From Octopus vulgaris (Eukaryota), in the NCBI GenBank assembly GCA_951406725.2, contig OX597817.1, positions 22,134,001 through 22,198,000 of the forward strand: a stretch of DNA of 64,000 bases, written 5' to 3'. Within the stretch, counting starts at the first letter, position 1, and each line of letters opens with the position of its first letter. The translations under genes were made by a program, and so were the position numbers. A model generated the notes under the pieces. That model was not told the origin of the DNA and did no database searches. It worked only from the letters and a program-made list of their open reading frames with translations. This document shows, in pieces, positions 1 to 13,626 of this stretch.

Positions 1-1452
1 CCACAAGTAGGGCATACACTATACCTCTGGCTTACTCGTAACTACCATGCCTTTCAAATTACGTGATGTTCTTGAATTTTTTCTTCAACGTTAATAACCG
101 ACTTTCTATAACTTTAACCATACAGTCCTATGGAACTATTACCTTTTACTCTTTAATTGTTCGTACAAAATATTCATCCACTTTCAAATTAGATTTTTAG
201 CTATTACCCTAACAAATACCACAGTAACACCCTCCAGGAGCATAGTAACCTGTCTCGATTAAAAACACCGTTGAAGGAAACGGTATTGATAACTTGCACA
301 ACTAAGGCCCATCAAAATCACTAGAAATATCAGGCTTTACTAACTTTCATAATTTTTCAAAATAACCCTCTCCCAAAATTTGTATCGCAAATACAATGTT
401 ATATCAAGAATAGGGATCAACCGATGACTCTATAAATATTGAAATTCAGCCCGTATTAGAATAATATTCAAAACATCTAGGATGGTATTTAAACAGACAC
501 ATATCAAAGCCAGCATTCCACAATCCATCCGATTAAATGGCTCATATTCACTTACCGAGATACTACAATCACTAACCTGCTTTTCTTTTGCTTCTTCTGC
601 CAGTGTTATAACAGCTTTAATTCCTCTGAACTAGTCAGTAGCGTACCATCTCTGACAGAAACCATTTAAAGTAATTGCCATACCTCCTATTATCATTTCT
701 ACTGTGTTTCACAATAAATATTTTCTTCAATTCTCTCCAATCTTGAACACTATTGTTGTCCACTGAAACTCCCATTTTTACCTTACAAGCATCAACCTGT
801 ATATCTTTAAACTCAACATCAGTTGTACAAAGCGCATTAGGATTGCTAGGCCTGCAAAAGTAAAGACCTTCGCAATCTGCTTGTCACTAAGTAATTTAGA
901 AAGCATTCATCACATTCCAGCATTAATCCCAGAATATTACTAGTACTTCGTAGTACTCATGAATGCATGACTTTGTCCGATGGTTCGATTTGAATTCATT
1001 GATGTTGCTGCAACATCGTTAATAAGCCGGTTCAAATCCCTTTAGTACTTTTATATGCTTGAGTTCAAATCCCTCTGAAGCCATTTAATTTTTGTTCTTA
1101 ACTTCTACACCAATCTCGATAAAATGGATACAAGCCGGGTACTTAGGTCGATTTCAGCGAGTACATTACTTGCTATCTGTACCTTTATACAAATAAGAAA
1201 AGTTGTAATTCTAGTTATTATTGCTGTTTTCGTAGTTTCTCTGCTGTAGATGCTTGGAACACAAACATACACACAAATATGTATACGACAGATTTCGGCA
1301 GTTTCCGGTTGTGGTACGATATGAGAACAAATGCACTTGCACACTTTTACAAATGTATATGTACAATGTTTTCTAACACTCATTTCGTCTGCTAAATTCC
1401 TTCGGAAACTTGGCCGACGAAAAGGGTCTGCAGTACAAGAGACTTGCTTATG

Positions 1453-1874
1453 TATATAGTTGTCGGAGATCACCAAAAACAAATAATGCTTTCTAATCGA
1501 TGTATCTAAACTAACAAGTAACAATGTATCTCTAAAAGAAACGGAAAAACTTTCAAAATACTAAGATCTGAAAATAGAGGTAACTCGAATATGGATCCTA
1601 AAAACAGAAACAATTCCTATCATAGCAGGCGCATTAGGTATAATAAAAAAAAAAAACAGTCAGACAAACACATAACAAAAGCACCAAGACTTACAAGTAT
1701 ATTTAACATACATAAAATAGCACTACTAGGTACCGCACACATCCTTCATAAAACACATCCAATACAGTGAAAATAAGAGCTTCACATCAAACCACAGCAC
1801 AGACCCAAGGCACACAGAGCTGCGCTCGGTAGTGCAATGAAAGTACGTGATAAAAATAAGACTATTAGATGATG

Positions 1875-1936
<62 letters not shown>
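1453..1936 (+). mobile_element. 3' end of an R4/Dong-like non-LTR retrotransposon (restriction-like endonuclease relic, 3' UTR, (TAA)n tail)
   Basis: Manual translation with one frameshift and one stop: IVVGDHQK..CFLIDVS..SNNVSLKETEKLSKY*DLKIEVTRIWILKTETIPIIAGALGII..KIALLGTAHILHKT..* (stop at 1768-1770). This matches the PD-(D/E)xK RLE C-terminus of R4/Dong elements. It ends in a long (TAA)n tract. Confidence 0.85.
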
Positions 1937-1938
<2 letters not shown>

Positions 1939-2082
1939 ATTTATTTATTCATTAATTTTTTAAATACATATTTTACCTGTGAATTTGCGTGTGTAATCTG
2001 GGAATGCATACAATGGGTTTCTCTGCTCTAGGTGCACGGAAAACACTCGGCGAGAAACAGGAAGAAAATTTGAAGAAAGAAG

Positions 2083-2124
<42 letters not shown>

Positions 2125-2139
2125 TAATAATAATAACAA

Positions 2140-2331
2140 TTTCAAATTTTGGCGCAATGCAAGCAATTTTTGGAGAGGGAAAAAGTCGATTACATCGACC
2201 CAACTGGTACTTATTTAATTGACCTTGAAAGGAAAGTAAGCAAAGTCCACTTCCGCGCCATTTGAACTCAGAACATGAAACCCGAAGAAATGTCGCTAAG
2301 CATTTTATTCAGCGTGCAAACGATTCTGCCA
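2140..2331 (-). mobile_element. Degenerate tRNA-derived SINE related to the 4706-4936 family
   Basis: Shares AAGTCGATTACATCGACCC..CTGGTACTT..TTTGAACTCAGAAC..CGATTCTGCC with the 4706-4936 copy and has a different 3' end. A further decayed fragment lies at about 2520-2645. Confidence 0.7.
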
Positions 2332-3733
2332 AATATTAACTGTAGTCATTCACTTTCTTTTTTTAATCTTATCGGTTAAATGGCTTCCACTATCTCCTGG
2401 ATTGGCATTAATTTTCTCGATATTAGTATAATGTTATTAGCTTCTAATCGGGAATGCAAAGGTTTGTGACAAAAGATATTCAAACCAGCACTTTTATCAT
2501 TTTCATTACACTCAACAAAGATGGTTTCTAATTTTGGCACACAAGGTATCCAAACGTGGATGCTCGAATTAATCGGCCCCAGTACTTGACTGGTGCTTAT
2601 TTAAATGATTTCTTAAAGGATGAAAGGTAAACTTGATCCCAACAACTGTCTTTTATGCCAAATAGAAACAAAGCCAATATTTGTATGCAGTCTCAAGAAG
2701 CCAAGTTGTGTTGCAGATTAACTATTTAACCATTCTAGCATCTAAAAGCGCAGTTGCTGCGCCCTGACCTCGATGCAGCAGATTACATTTGTGCGCGGTT
2801 AGTTTCGTAATTTTCCTTAATACTATCAGATTAATTACTGGATTACCACGTGACCTGTTCCATAAATTCACTACGGTCGAGTAATTGTTAAGGACAGTTT
2901 AATGTCGTTTTGATTTATTTATTGGTCATTGAATCGAGTATTAACAGAAGTGCATTAATGACTCGATATGTTTTTATTAGCTCGCTCTTATAGAAATGTT
3001 ATCTATTTCTCCAGAACGAAGTGAACAATCAATCAGACACACTTTCAGCTTTATCACCGTTTACGTTTGATATTTCGGCTCTTTATTTAATGTCAATATT
3101 CTGGCTAAATGTCAAAACTGTGACCACAGTAAAATAAATACTCATATCTGTATGGAAAAGTAGGTCTAAGATTAATGACTGAAAACTTAACTGAAATTGC
3201 TTCAGATCGTAAAAACGTCATCAAATAATATCCGTTTATTTAGAGGGTTATAAATGTGTGCAACTACTTTCGGATGTTGATATTGGAACTCACGTTGAGA
3301 CAGGTTTCAAACGATCTGTTGCTTACAGCAAAACCATTTGTTAAACTTGAAGAGAAGTTTAGACATAAGAGCAGTTTATTTTTCTTTCCGTTTAATTTCG
3401 AATTGCTATTCCTTTTTCGGTTATTTATTTATCTATTTATTTATTTATTTCATTATTATATTTATTGTCGGAATGGTGACGATAGCTGTGGCAATATAGG
3501 TGAAGGTGTGATTATGACTGAAATAGTTTGTAACTATGGTTGGTTATGTGCATTGTCTTGTAAGTTGCAACGTCAATTACAGTCTTCACACAACTGTTGT
3601 TGTTGCTGTTGTTGTTATTGTTGTTATTGCTGTGGTTGCTGTTAATCGCATTATTGTTAACAGAAAATGTCAATAACACACTTTAAAATTAGTGCTGTAT
3701 TTCGATGTCTTGTTAACGGTAACACCAGTTCCA

Positions 3734-3786
<53 letters not shown>

Positions 3787-4263
3787 AATTTCTAGCATAG
3801 CTTTTGATCGTTTTATTGTCAACTGTGATGGTTATCACACTCTCCATGCTGTAGTTGTTTCTGGTTGTTGCTGTTATAATCTTGTTATCACCAACGTCGC
3901 TCGCAAATTTTGACATTATTGTTATGAATTTCATAGTCGTCAATAGACTTCGACTTCTTTGTTATCGTTGTTTTCTTTCAGCGTCTTAACTTCAATCTAA
4001 TCTTTAAAAGTGCCCGGACAGACGCTTCTAACCTCTTGCACTTCAGCATTAGCTATTGAACCTATTGACATAAATGTACCACATATTTTCTTTGAGTAAA
4101 ATCTGAATTTGTGGCATTGATGCCTTCTAAATGCGTTAGTTATGTAACTGAAACAAATTGATTACCAAATGCAGATTTAAACTGCATCAAAGCCTTAGTT
4201 TGTCAAGATTTTACTTCATATATCATGTCACTTGGCATAAATACTCAAGAGTAATTTACACAC

Positions 4264-4324
4264 AGTAGATAATTGATGTGTAAAGTAGATAATTGATGTG
4301 TAAAGTAGATAATTGATGTGTAAA
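4264..4324. repeat. 20-bp minisatellite x3 (AGTAGATAATTGATGTGTAA)
   Basis: Three perfect tandem copies read directly. Confidence 0.95.
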
Positions 4325-4705
4325 ACTGATCGGAAAGGTACTTCATTTTGGAATTCTGAGGCAATAACAGAGAGGTCGACATGACACGAACAGAATTTGA
4401 ATACAAAACATAGACAAAAGCCACATATCATATAATAATTTTTTAGTTTTACTGCCTTGCTTAATCTTGAGGAAGAGATTATGCCCATGACCGATACAGG
4501 CTTTCTGAAACCGGCGAAATCAATGCGGTTAAAGGCGAGTGAAGGGAAAATATGCGGAAGCTAAGAGTACAAGAAGGTCGACATTGTGAAATGAAGGAAT
4601 TGTCGTAGTAGTTAAATGTGGGACTTGACAATTCACAGAATATAAACGGCAAGAGGAGGATCGAAGAGGAGCATCAAGGTATTCCTAATTGCATTTTCTC
4701 AAATA

Positions 4706-4936
4706 TATTTCTTTACTACCCACAAGGGGCTAAACATAGAGAGGACAAACAAGGACAGACAAAGGGATTAAGTCGATTACATCGATCCCAGTGCGTAACT
4801 GGTACTTAATTTATCGACCCCGAAAGGATGAGAGGCAAAGTCGACCTCGGCGGAATTTGAACTCAGAAGGTAGCGACAGACGACATACCGCAAAGCATTT
4901 CGCCCGGCGCGCTAACGTTTCTTCCAACTCGCCGCC
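4706..4936 (-). mobile_element. tRNA-derived SINE family B (~230 bp, OK-like, Meta-domain-like body), full length
   Basis: Minus-strand 5' GGCGGCGAGTTGGAAGAAACG, B-box GAGTTCAAATTCC, body GTCGACTTTGCCTCTCATCCTTTCGGGGTCGATAAATTAAGTACCAG. 11-bp TSD TTTCTCAAATA at 4695-4705 and 4937-4947. Confidence 0.9.
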
Positions 4937-5345
4937 TTTCTCAAATAGTTTAATAAATAACTACTACTTCGCTACGCTTGCATGGATCAGACGGAATTTA
5001 TTACGGCAAACTTTCTACGGTCGGGTGCCCTACATGGTGTCGACCCTCTACTGTTTACAAACAAGATAATATTTTCTCCATCGAGGAATATATTTTCCGG
5101 GAAGCTGAAACAAACGATACCACTTGTATGACAGTGACGTTTGTTTACAATTATCTCATTATGTCAAAACAAGGAAACGGTAACACGCGCGCGCACACAC
5201 ACACATTCATACATACATACCTGCATACATACATACATACATACATACATACATACATACAATGGGCTTCTTTCAGTTTCCGTCTACTAAATCTACTCTC
5301 AAGGATTTGGTTACAAGATACTTGTCCAAGGTTCATATGCGAGTG

Positions 5346-5394
<49 letters not shown>

Positions 5395-5396
<2 letters not shown>

Positions 5397-5574
5397 CGGA
5401 AGGTTTACGAAAATAAACAAAAGACGAAGGCAGGTGGAGTACAAACAAATAATGTATTAGTATGGCGCTCAGGAATAGAAATAAAACAAGTCTTTTACGT
5501 TTCGAGCCTACGCTCTTCGACAGAAAGATACACAGAAAAGAAACAAGGAGAGAAAAAAAAATTGCGTGTAAGGG

Positions 5575-5577
<3 letters not shown>
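5395..5577 (-). mobile_element. Penelope-like pseudo-LTR relic with a minimal hammerhead-like motif
   Basis: Homologous to 26296-26474 in opposite orientation. Carries TCTTT-CTGTCGA-AGAGC-GTAG-GCTC-GAAACGTA-AAAGA and is flanked by (CA/TG)n and (TA)n. Confidence 0.65.
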
Positions 5578-5647
<70 letters not shown>

Positions 5648-6914
5648 GAGGGAGAGAGAGAGAGAGAATTGAAGTATGCATATAAATTCAACCATAAGTG
5701 TATGAGTGATGCGGGTTATGTATACGTGAGTGAAACATACACACACAAACACACACACACACACACACACACACATGCACGCACACATTTACAAAGAGGC
5801 TGAGAGAGGCAGGAGTTTATGTAGGTAGGTATATATGTATAGTAATGTAAAAATTTCTTGCTTAATTGAATACGAGTCCAGGTTTCATTCCCAAATGAAC
5901 TCTATCTTTTATTTTGGTGATCCATTTCCTAAATGCATTTACGCTACTATCTCCGTATTCTTTCATTCTAAATCTGCATTTTCCGCTCCATGTAAAACAA
6001 AACGGAAAAAGGAAAATTAAAAAAAAAAAAAAATGAAATTGCTCTGCAACCTGCTAAGTTTCCACTGTCGCACGGATGGTAATGTAGTGCAGAATATAAA
6101 GTTACATCCTCTATGGAAGTATTTCTCACTCTTTTATTTCACAATACAATTATCCCGTTTCTTTTTTTTAAACCGATTCTACACAAAAACATTAAAATAA
6201 TAAAGAAGCAAAAAGAGACGAGTTAACTTTGGCAGTAATACACGGAACTGTGAGCGAATTTCAAAATACTGTGATTCATCGGGCGATGAAATATCCAATT
6301 CGAATCCTTGAAAGTCGTAAGGATGTTATACAAGATCATATCTGTTAAATTTCTCTTGCGCGAAATCTTCAATGTTTAGTCTTTGAGGAAATTTTTCTTT
6401 TTCTACCAAGTTGCAAAATAAGAACCACCAATTCCCGGTTGAGTGACTCACGTTTACAAAGTGCATCCAACTGAAACACACCTTTTTGGAATATTCGAAA
6501 TATGCTTATTGCTTTTGTTTTTTTTTTTTTTTGTTTTTTTTTTGTGTGTGTGGTACTTTTTTTTTTTTCTCCAGAAACATCCAAACCATATATATATATA
6601 TTTTTTAAAAATATTTGTTTCCATTTTCACTTTGTTCTTTACTTTCTGTTTCAAGTTATGCAAACAAATAACTAAAACACATTCACATGATCACGTGTGA
6701 TTGAAAGAAACCAAAAAAATAAAGTAAAGAATAAGTGAATTCTAATAAATATGCCTGGTAGGTTTCGGCTTCATTATTTGTTTATGAGCAAACTGCCAAG
6801 ATGGTGAGCATACATAAGTATCAGTGTGCGTACGCATAGATACATATATACATACATATAGATATGTGTGCGCGCGGTTGTATGTGTATGTGTACAATAT
6901 CAATATCGATATCT

Positions 6915-7135
<221 letters not shown>

Positions 7136-7680
7136 CTGATATAAATGTTGGTTGATTGATTACCCCAGTCACGCTTTAAATCAGAGAGAGACAGAGAGGG
7201 AGGCAGAGAAAGAGAGACAGACAGACCGAGACAGTGACAAAGACAGGGATACAGAGAGAGACAGAGAGACAGAGGTCGACAGGCAGACCGACAGACAGAT
7301 CGAGACGATGACAAAGACAGAGAGAGAGGGGGAGAGAGAGAGAGAGGGGGAGAGAGAGAGACGGTAAAAGAGGGATGCTTATAAGAGACGCAGGATGATG
7401 CACATTGGAGGCTTGGTGGCAGGCAAAGTGCAAAAGAATGCTTCACAAGCACAGCGAGAGAGAAAGCAAGAATCATAGAGGAGGAGGTAGAGGAGGAGGG
7501 AAGGGGGATGAGGAGAGATTGAATGAAACAGCATTTAGGAGGAGATTTATGCAAATGAGAAATTTGTCTTATTTAATTTTATTTTTCTAAGTGTTAAATA
7601 TTTTTCTTTCGAAAATTAGCATTCATTTCATTGCTTTGTATATGTGCCAAGAAGTTCTATAAAAATTAAATAAAATTATT

Positions 7681-8079
7681 AGGAGTGGCTGTGTGGTAAG
7701 TAGCTTGTTTACCAACCACATGGTTCCGGGTTCAGTCCCACTGCGTGGCACCTTGGGCAAGTGTCTTCTACTATAGCCTCGGGCCGACCAAAGCCTTGTG
7801 AGTGGATTTGGTAGACGGAAACTGAAAGAAGCCTGTCGTATATATGTATATATATATATATATATGTATGTATGTGTGTGTCTGTGTTTGTCCCCCTAGC
7901 ATTGCTTGACAACCGATGCTGGTGTGTTTATGTCCCCGTTACTTAGCGGTTCGGCAAAAGAGACCGATAGAATAAGTACTGGGCTTACAAAGAATAAGTC
8001 CCGGGGTCGATTTGCTCGACTAAAGGCGGTGCTCCAGCATGGCCGCAGTCAACTGACTGAAACAAGTAAAAGAGTAAAA
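7681..8079 (+). mobile_element. SINE family A (~400 bp, tRNA head + CORE-like domain + internal (TA)/(TG) + GTAAAAGA tail; OR2-like)
   Basis: A-box TGGCTGTGTGG, B-box GGTTCAGTCCC, CORE-like ACCTTGGGCAAGTGTCTT, tail GAAACAAGTAAAAGAGTAAAA. Near-identical to copies at 49226, 50163 and 50757. Confidence 0.92.
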
Positions 8080-8686
8080 CAGTATGTATGCTATTTTTTT
8101 CCTTGATATTATGAATGGTAGAAAAACTATACTTCGAAAGTTACCCATCATAAGACAGGTAGCATTCCAGTATTTATATAAATCAAAGGATACAATATTA
8201 TGATACTGTATACTGATCCATTTCAGGTCAACCGATCTTCGCCATTAGTTTCACACTGAGTATTAGATAACCAGATATTTGATAACAGCACTTTTAAGTA
8301 ACACCACACGGTATTCAGAGATAGAAGATATGGAAAGAATGTGAGACCAGTGCGGAAACGCTTGGTAAGATCGGTTGATATGGATCTATAACACAGCATA
8401 CTTAGATAAATATACACACTCTAACAAATATGCGAGTATATATTTTTTTCTGATGTATAGATTGTTAGACGAGTTTCTCTTTATTGATTTGTCTCCCTAT
8501 ATATACGCACACATACATACATACGTACACACATTTTACATGCATACACACCTACATCTATACATACATAAACGTATAAATTTAAATAATGAGGGAGATA
8601 AATTGAATATTAATTTAATTAATATCAATTTAAAACCAGTAGCCTAGCATACAAAAATCTGAAAAATCAGAGAAAAATTCTAATAC

Positions 8687-8798
8687 ATGTGTATATTTAA
8701 AGAGCTAAAAACCACTATGCGGTCAGCCATGTGCTGGTGATCTACTTCTAGCATATGACTGATCACATAGTGGTTTTTAGGCCTTTAAATATACACAT
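8687..8798. repeat. Long imperfect inverted repeat (~51-bp arms)
   Basis: ATGTGTATATTTAAAG..CTAAAAACCACTATG pairs with CATAGTGGTTTTTAG..CTTTAAATATACACAT around a short loop. Confidence 0.9.
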
Positions 8799-9732
8799 AC
8801 ATAAACGTATATACACGCGTATCATGAACTGGTATAAGAAAAATAAAATTATCGGATTCGAACATTTCGCTACAACTCAGCTATCTCCAACCCAATTTGA
8901 TTGAAAGAAAGTGCACATTATACCCGGAGGAATGGCAGTAGAATGCCGACATTTTATAATTGACGAATCTTGTATGTTAGAAAGTATACAGTTTTAAAAA
9001 CATGTTCACTGCATGTCGTTGACCTATTAATCTACGAGAATCCAACGGTTTGCAGTTTCAGTTATTTTTCTTTCATGCAAAATTCCATTGGGTTACCTTG
9101 ACAGTTGTATTTTGTGTAATGTCGTTAACAGAAAATTTCCATGGTGTTGATTCCGAGCATACAATTGCAATAAATTTATTAACCCTGGGTGCCTATTACA
9201 GTTGACATACGTAACGCTTAGACAACACATTAAGAGAAGAATTGTCGCTATTAGCGTTGACAAGCAAGAAGCGCAAAGAGATTTGCAATGCGAATATATC
9301 ATTTTATCCAAACATTACCGAACAAGACAGGCTAGCTTAGGTGACCTCTAACGGCGAACACAAACATCACTACTGAAAGAAGACAGATAATTAATTTACG
9401 GTCTGTGTACAGGTGAATTAATCTTACTACTGATAAGTTGTTTGCTGACTTAATATGATTACGCAAATAAAATATATATGCACGCATGCGAGCATACATA
9501 CACACGTACAAACAGCACGCGCACACACGTAATATATACTAACTATAACACACACACACACACGCACACACACACACGCATACACATATAGACAAACAAA
9601 CAAATAAACACGTTTAATATATATGTTGCCCCGCTACGCTGCACCTGAGGCATATGTCTGGCATAGGCTCGGAACAACCAAAGCTTTGTGAGTGAATTTG
9701 GTAGACGGAAACACAAACGAACCTGTCATATA

Positions 9733-9963
9733 TATTTCTTTATTGCCCACAATGGGCTAAACTTAGAGAGGACAAACAAGGACAGACAAAGGGATTAAGT
9801 CGATTACATCGACCCCAGTGCGTAACTGGTACTTAATTTATCGACCCCGAAAGGATGAGAGGCAAAGTTGACCTCGGGGGATTTTGAACTCAGAACGTAA
9901 CGGCAGACGAAATAACGCTAGGTATTTCGCCCGGCGCGCTAACGTTTCTGCCAGCTCGCCGCC
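9733..9963 (-). mobile_element. SINE family B, nested inside an older CORE-type SINE (~9620-10235)
   Basis: Same body as 4706-4936. Flanked by a degenerate duplication GAACC(T/C)GTC(A/G)TATA of host SINE sequence. Confidence 0.88.
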
Positions 9964-10245
9964 TTAAGGAACCCGTCGTATAATTATGGATACGCATGTG
10001 TGAGTGTTACACTCTCCTTGCCTTGAGATATTGGAACAGTTGTAATGGAGTGACAACATCAAGCAGGCGATGTCCTTCGTTTCCATTCTTCTGAAAGATG
10101 CCTAGTCATAGAGAAATATTACCTTACATGGAAACAGGAGAGGGTAAGCGACAGCAAACCATAGAATATTCGCTATACAAAATGACGTCCGGCCCATGCA
10201 AGGATGAAAAAGTGGATACCAAATGATAATGATTATTGTGTGTAT

Positions 10246-10279
<34 letters not shown>

Positions 10280-11017
10280 TTAAAGATGTGCTTTAATAGA
10301 ATTCACGTTACCATAGAAATTAGACCTTGATATTCAAACCAATTTAAATACTTATATTCACCGAACAGCTTTTAGACAATATTTCGAAAGTTTTGTCTGA
10401 GGAGATGGTTTTGCAAAATATATAATTTTATAGGAAGATACATTCTATAAATTTATAAGAAGTACTAATAAAGTCGTAGAAAAAAGTCAGTGTATAACAT
10501 AAATAATATGAAAGGCATGAGTGCGGATTGCAATGATCTATGTAAGCGACGCAAGTCCGGTGAGGCTAAATTTTCCAATTGAATTAGGGAGTATTTGTCC
10601 GCGAAAGGACATTGAATAAATATTTTATAACTGAACTTCAAACAGATCCTGCATATTTTTAAACTGCATAAATTTTGACCCACCACTTTCGTTTTGCAAC
10701 GCATACGTTTTCTTATTCAATAATTCGTTAAATTTTCGTTGTAGCCATAATGCGAAAAATCAGAAAAGATAGCACAAACTTTCATGCCCAGAACTCTTGT
10801 TCCAGCACTCCAGAGTGCTTGAACAAGAGGTTCCAGCACTTGGAGTGATGCTGTTATTTTTAACCCTAAACGAGGAAAGGCAATATTAATGTCATCTTCA
10901 TTTCGCCTATAAGATCATAAAATTGGGACAAATATCGCGTGACATTCTATTCACGCTGTAAGGACTTTAAGAATTTGCCTTCTCGCATTCAGCACCCACA
11001 CAAATTATATATATATG

Positions 11018-11060
<43 letters not shown>

Positions 11061-11105
11061 GTGTGTGTGTGTATGTATGTATGTACATATGTATGTATGT
11101 ATGTA

Positions 11106-11165
<60 letters not shown>

Positions 11166-11201
11166 TATATAAACATATATGTACGCATGCATATACATAT
11201 A

Positions 11202-11246
<45 letters not shown>

Positions 11247-11381
11247 GTGTGTGTGTCTGTGTGGGCGTGGGTGTGTGGGTGTGTGGTGTGCATAGACAGA
11301 TTGATAGATATATATATAGCTAAGGAGATAGATACATACATACATACTTACATACATATATACACTTTTAATGTATACACA

Positions 11382-11420
<39 letters not shown>

Positions 11421-12064
11421 ATCTATGCATGCATACTGATCTTACGCCATATAAAACATCGGCCATATTTATAGTTATAGACGTGTTCATATTAATACGT
11501 TTCTGCCCGAAGCGTATGAAATATCAATCTTCTAACTTGGAACTTATATATATAAATTTGCGAGTGCGTCTGTATGTGAGTATTGTAAGAGAACAAAATG
11601 ATTGAGAGAACTAGAATCCGATAGATATGTTGTGCAGTCAGTTATATTATTTGTTCCCCGTAGGCAAGACACACTACATTAACGTCGCAGCATACACAGA
11701 AACAACGTGACCGTACAATTAACATTAGGAAATTTTCAAGTATGTATGGAGATTAATACGCATATGTTTCCGCAAACAGGGACCGTATACACCACCTGAT
11801 TCAAGACATAACAGAAGTTTTCTTTGTGGTGTATTATTGCACAACGGAAAAAGTAAAAAAATTTGCATCATGCACACGTCTGCAGAGACCTGCGTGGTAT
11901 TTTAAGTATCGACGTGAGTAGTGATACAGGTGTCGGAACAGAAATTTGTGTGCAAACCAGCTTCAGTATAATATAAACATAACATTCTAAATGCATAGTT
12001 GCATACATGTTTGTATGTGGGGGTGTAAATATGTATGTACGCATGCATGTATGTTATGCATGCA

Positions 12065-12126
<62 letters not shown>

Positions 12127-12138
12127 TATACAACATAC

Positions 12139-12192
<54 letters not shown>

Positions 12193-13524
12193 GTATGGAC
12201 AGGCAAACAGACAAACAAACAGACAGACAGACAGACAGACTCATAGGTAGCTAGCTAGATAGACAAACAGAAAGACAGACAGATAGACTGTGTTGCAGTG
12301 TTCAACAATCGGTTGCGTGAAGCAAATAGTCAACATCAACTTGATTTTCATAAAGGACTTAACTTTACACATGCGCTTGCGTGCGATAATACACCTACAC
12401 ACATCCATATATATATGCTTATATCAGTCCAGCAGTATATTACTGGTTACACCCTATAACTGACCAGAGTGTTACCAACTGTTTCACGCCGACGTTTGCC
12501 TTTGACAATTTGGACAACACTTTGGACGTGCTAGCCTCAAGTGCATAGCCTCTTTTACGCTGGAAGTACATGCATAGTCCTGGTTGAGTCGGGGTTAGTA
12601 TAAAGAACCAGAACGATGATGTGGAAGAATTTTACAGCATATTCCTGGAAGGAATGGTTGCTTCCCATTGATCGATACCAGTTGTTTTAGAAGAATGCCG
12701 GCTCTGATTTGAGCCATCTTTCTCGCTGAATGAGGAAGCCTTCGTGACAGGTGCCTTCCTTATATTAGTGGATAAGCATTTTACACAGGACTATAGCTAT
12801 AGAAAATTTTCACCAAGCATAACATAAGTAACTTGCTCAGATGTGTGCCTAGTATATATAGAATATCTGTGAATAATCTCATGCTCCGTACAGAGGCAGA
12901 GTGCTCATGTAGAATTAACAGTGAGTGCCTACTGAATTGTCAATGCAACACAGAAGCTGTGATCTTTGAAACTGTGGTGGTGCCATCTAACAGAGACCTG
13001 CACACTCATTTTGATGTTTCGCTCATCAGATAACTTAAATTAACTAAATAATTACAAATGACCTAAATAATTACAAATCCTCTTTTCAAATCTATGAGAA
13101 ACACAATGTTACATATACAGACAGAAATTTAAAATGATAGGAATGCTATACAAAATCAAATGAAAACTGATGGGGTGGCCTGGACCATATCTGTATAGAC
13201 GAACATTTGCAAGCTATACATGAGAGAGAGGAGAATGATTTGAAGAAAAATTTGCAAGATCAGGGTGAAATTCTTAAACTCATAAGGGGAGATATTTCAT
13301 AGCTGCCTTCCTGAACAAATTCAATTTGGCAGGATGGTCGACCCCATTTTTAGACAAGAGAGCGACAGACATGTACAGACATAGCGACACCATTCAGCCA
13401 CAGTCGACTTCGATCCTTGGGAAGCAAATCTTCCTTCCTCCTAGAAGATTTTATAGAATTTCATATTTTCTTTCTGCTACTTTTTTAGTTTGTGTGTGTA
13501 TGTGTCTTTCACTTTCTGTCTCTC

Positions 13525-13573
<49 letters not shown>

Positions 13574-13582
13574 GTATATATG

Positions 13583-13626
<44 letters not shown>

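Noticed and set aside
3288-3400. Minus-strand exon ending at GTGAGT
   Set aside because: No acceptor or in-frame ATG upstream, and the open stretch is closed by a stop in an (AAAT)n tract.
13012-13035. CTGATGAGCGAAAC on the minus strand as a hammerhead
   Set aside because: No stem II can form between CTGATGA and GAAA, and stem I pairing is poor.
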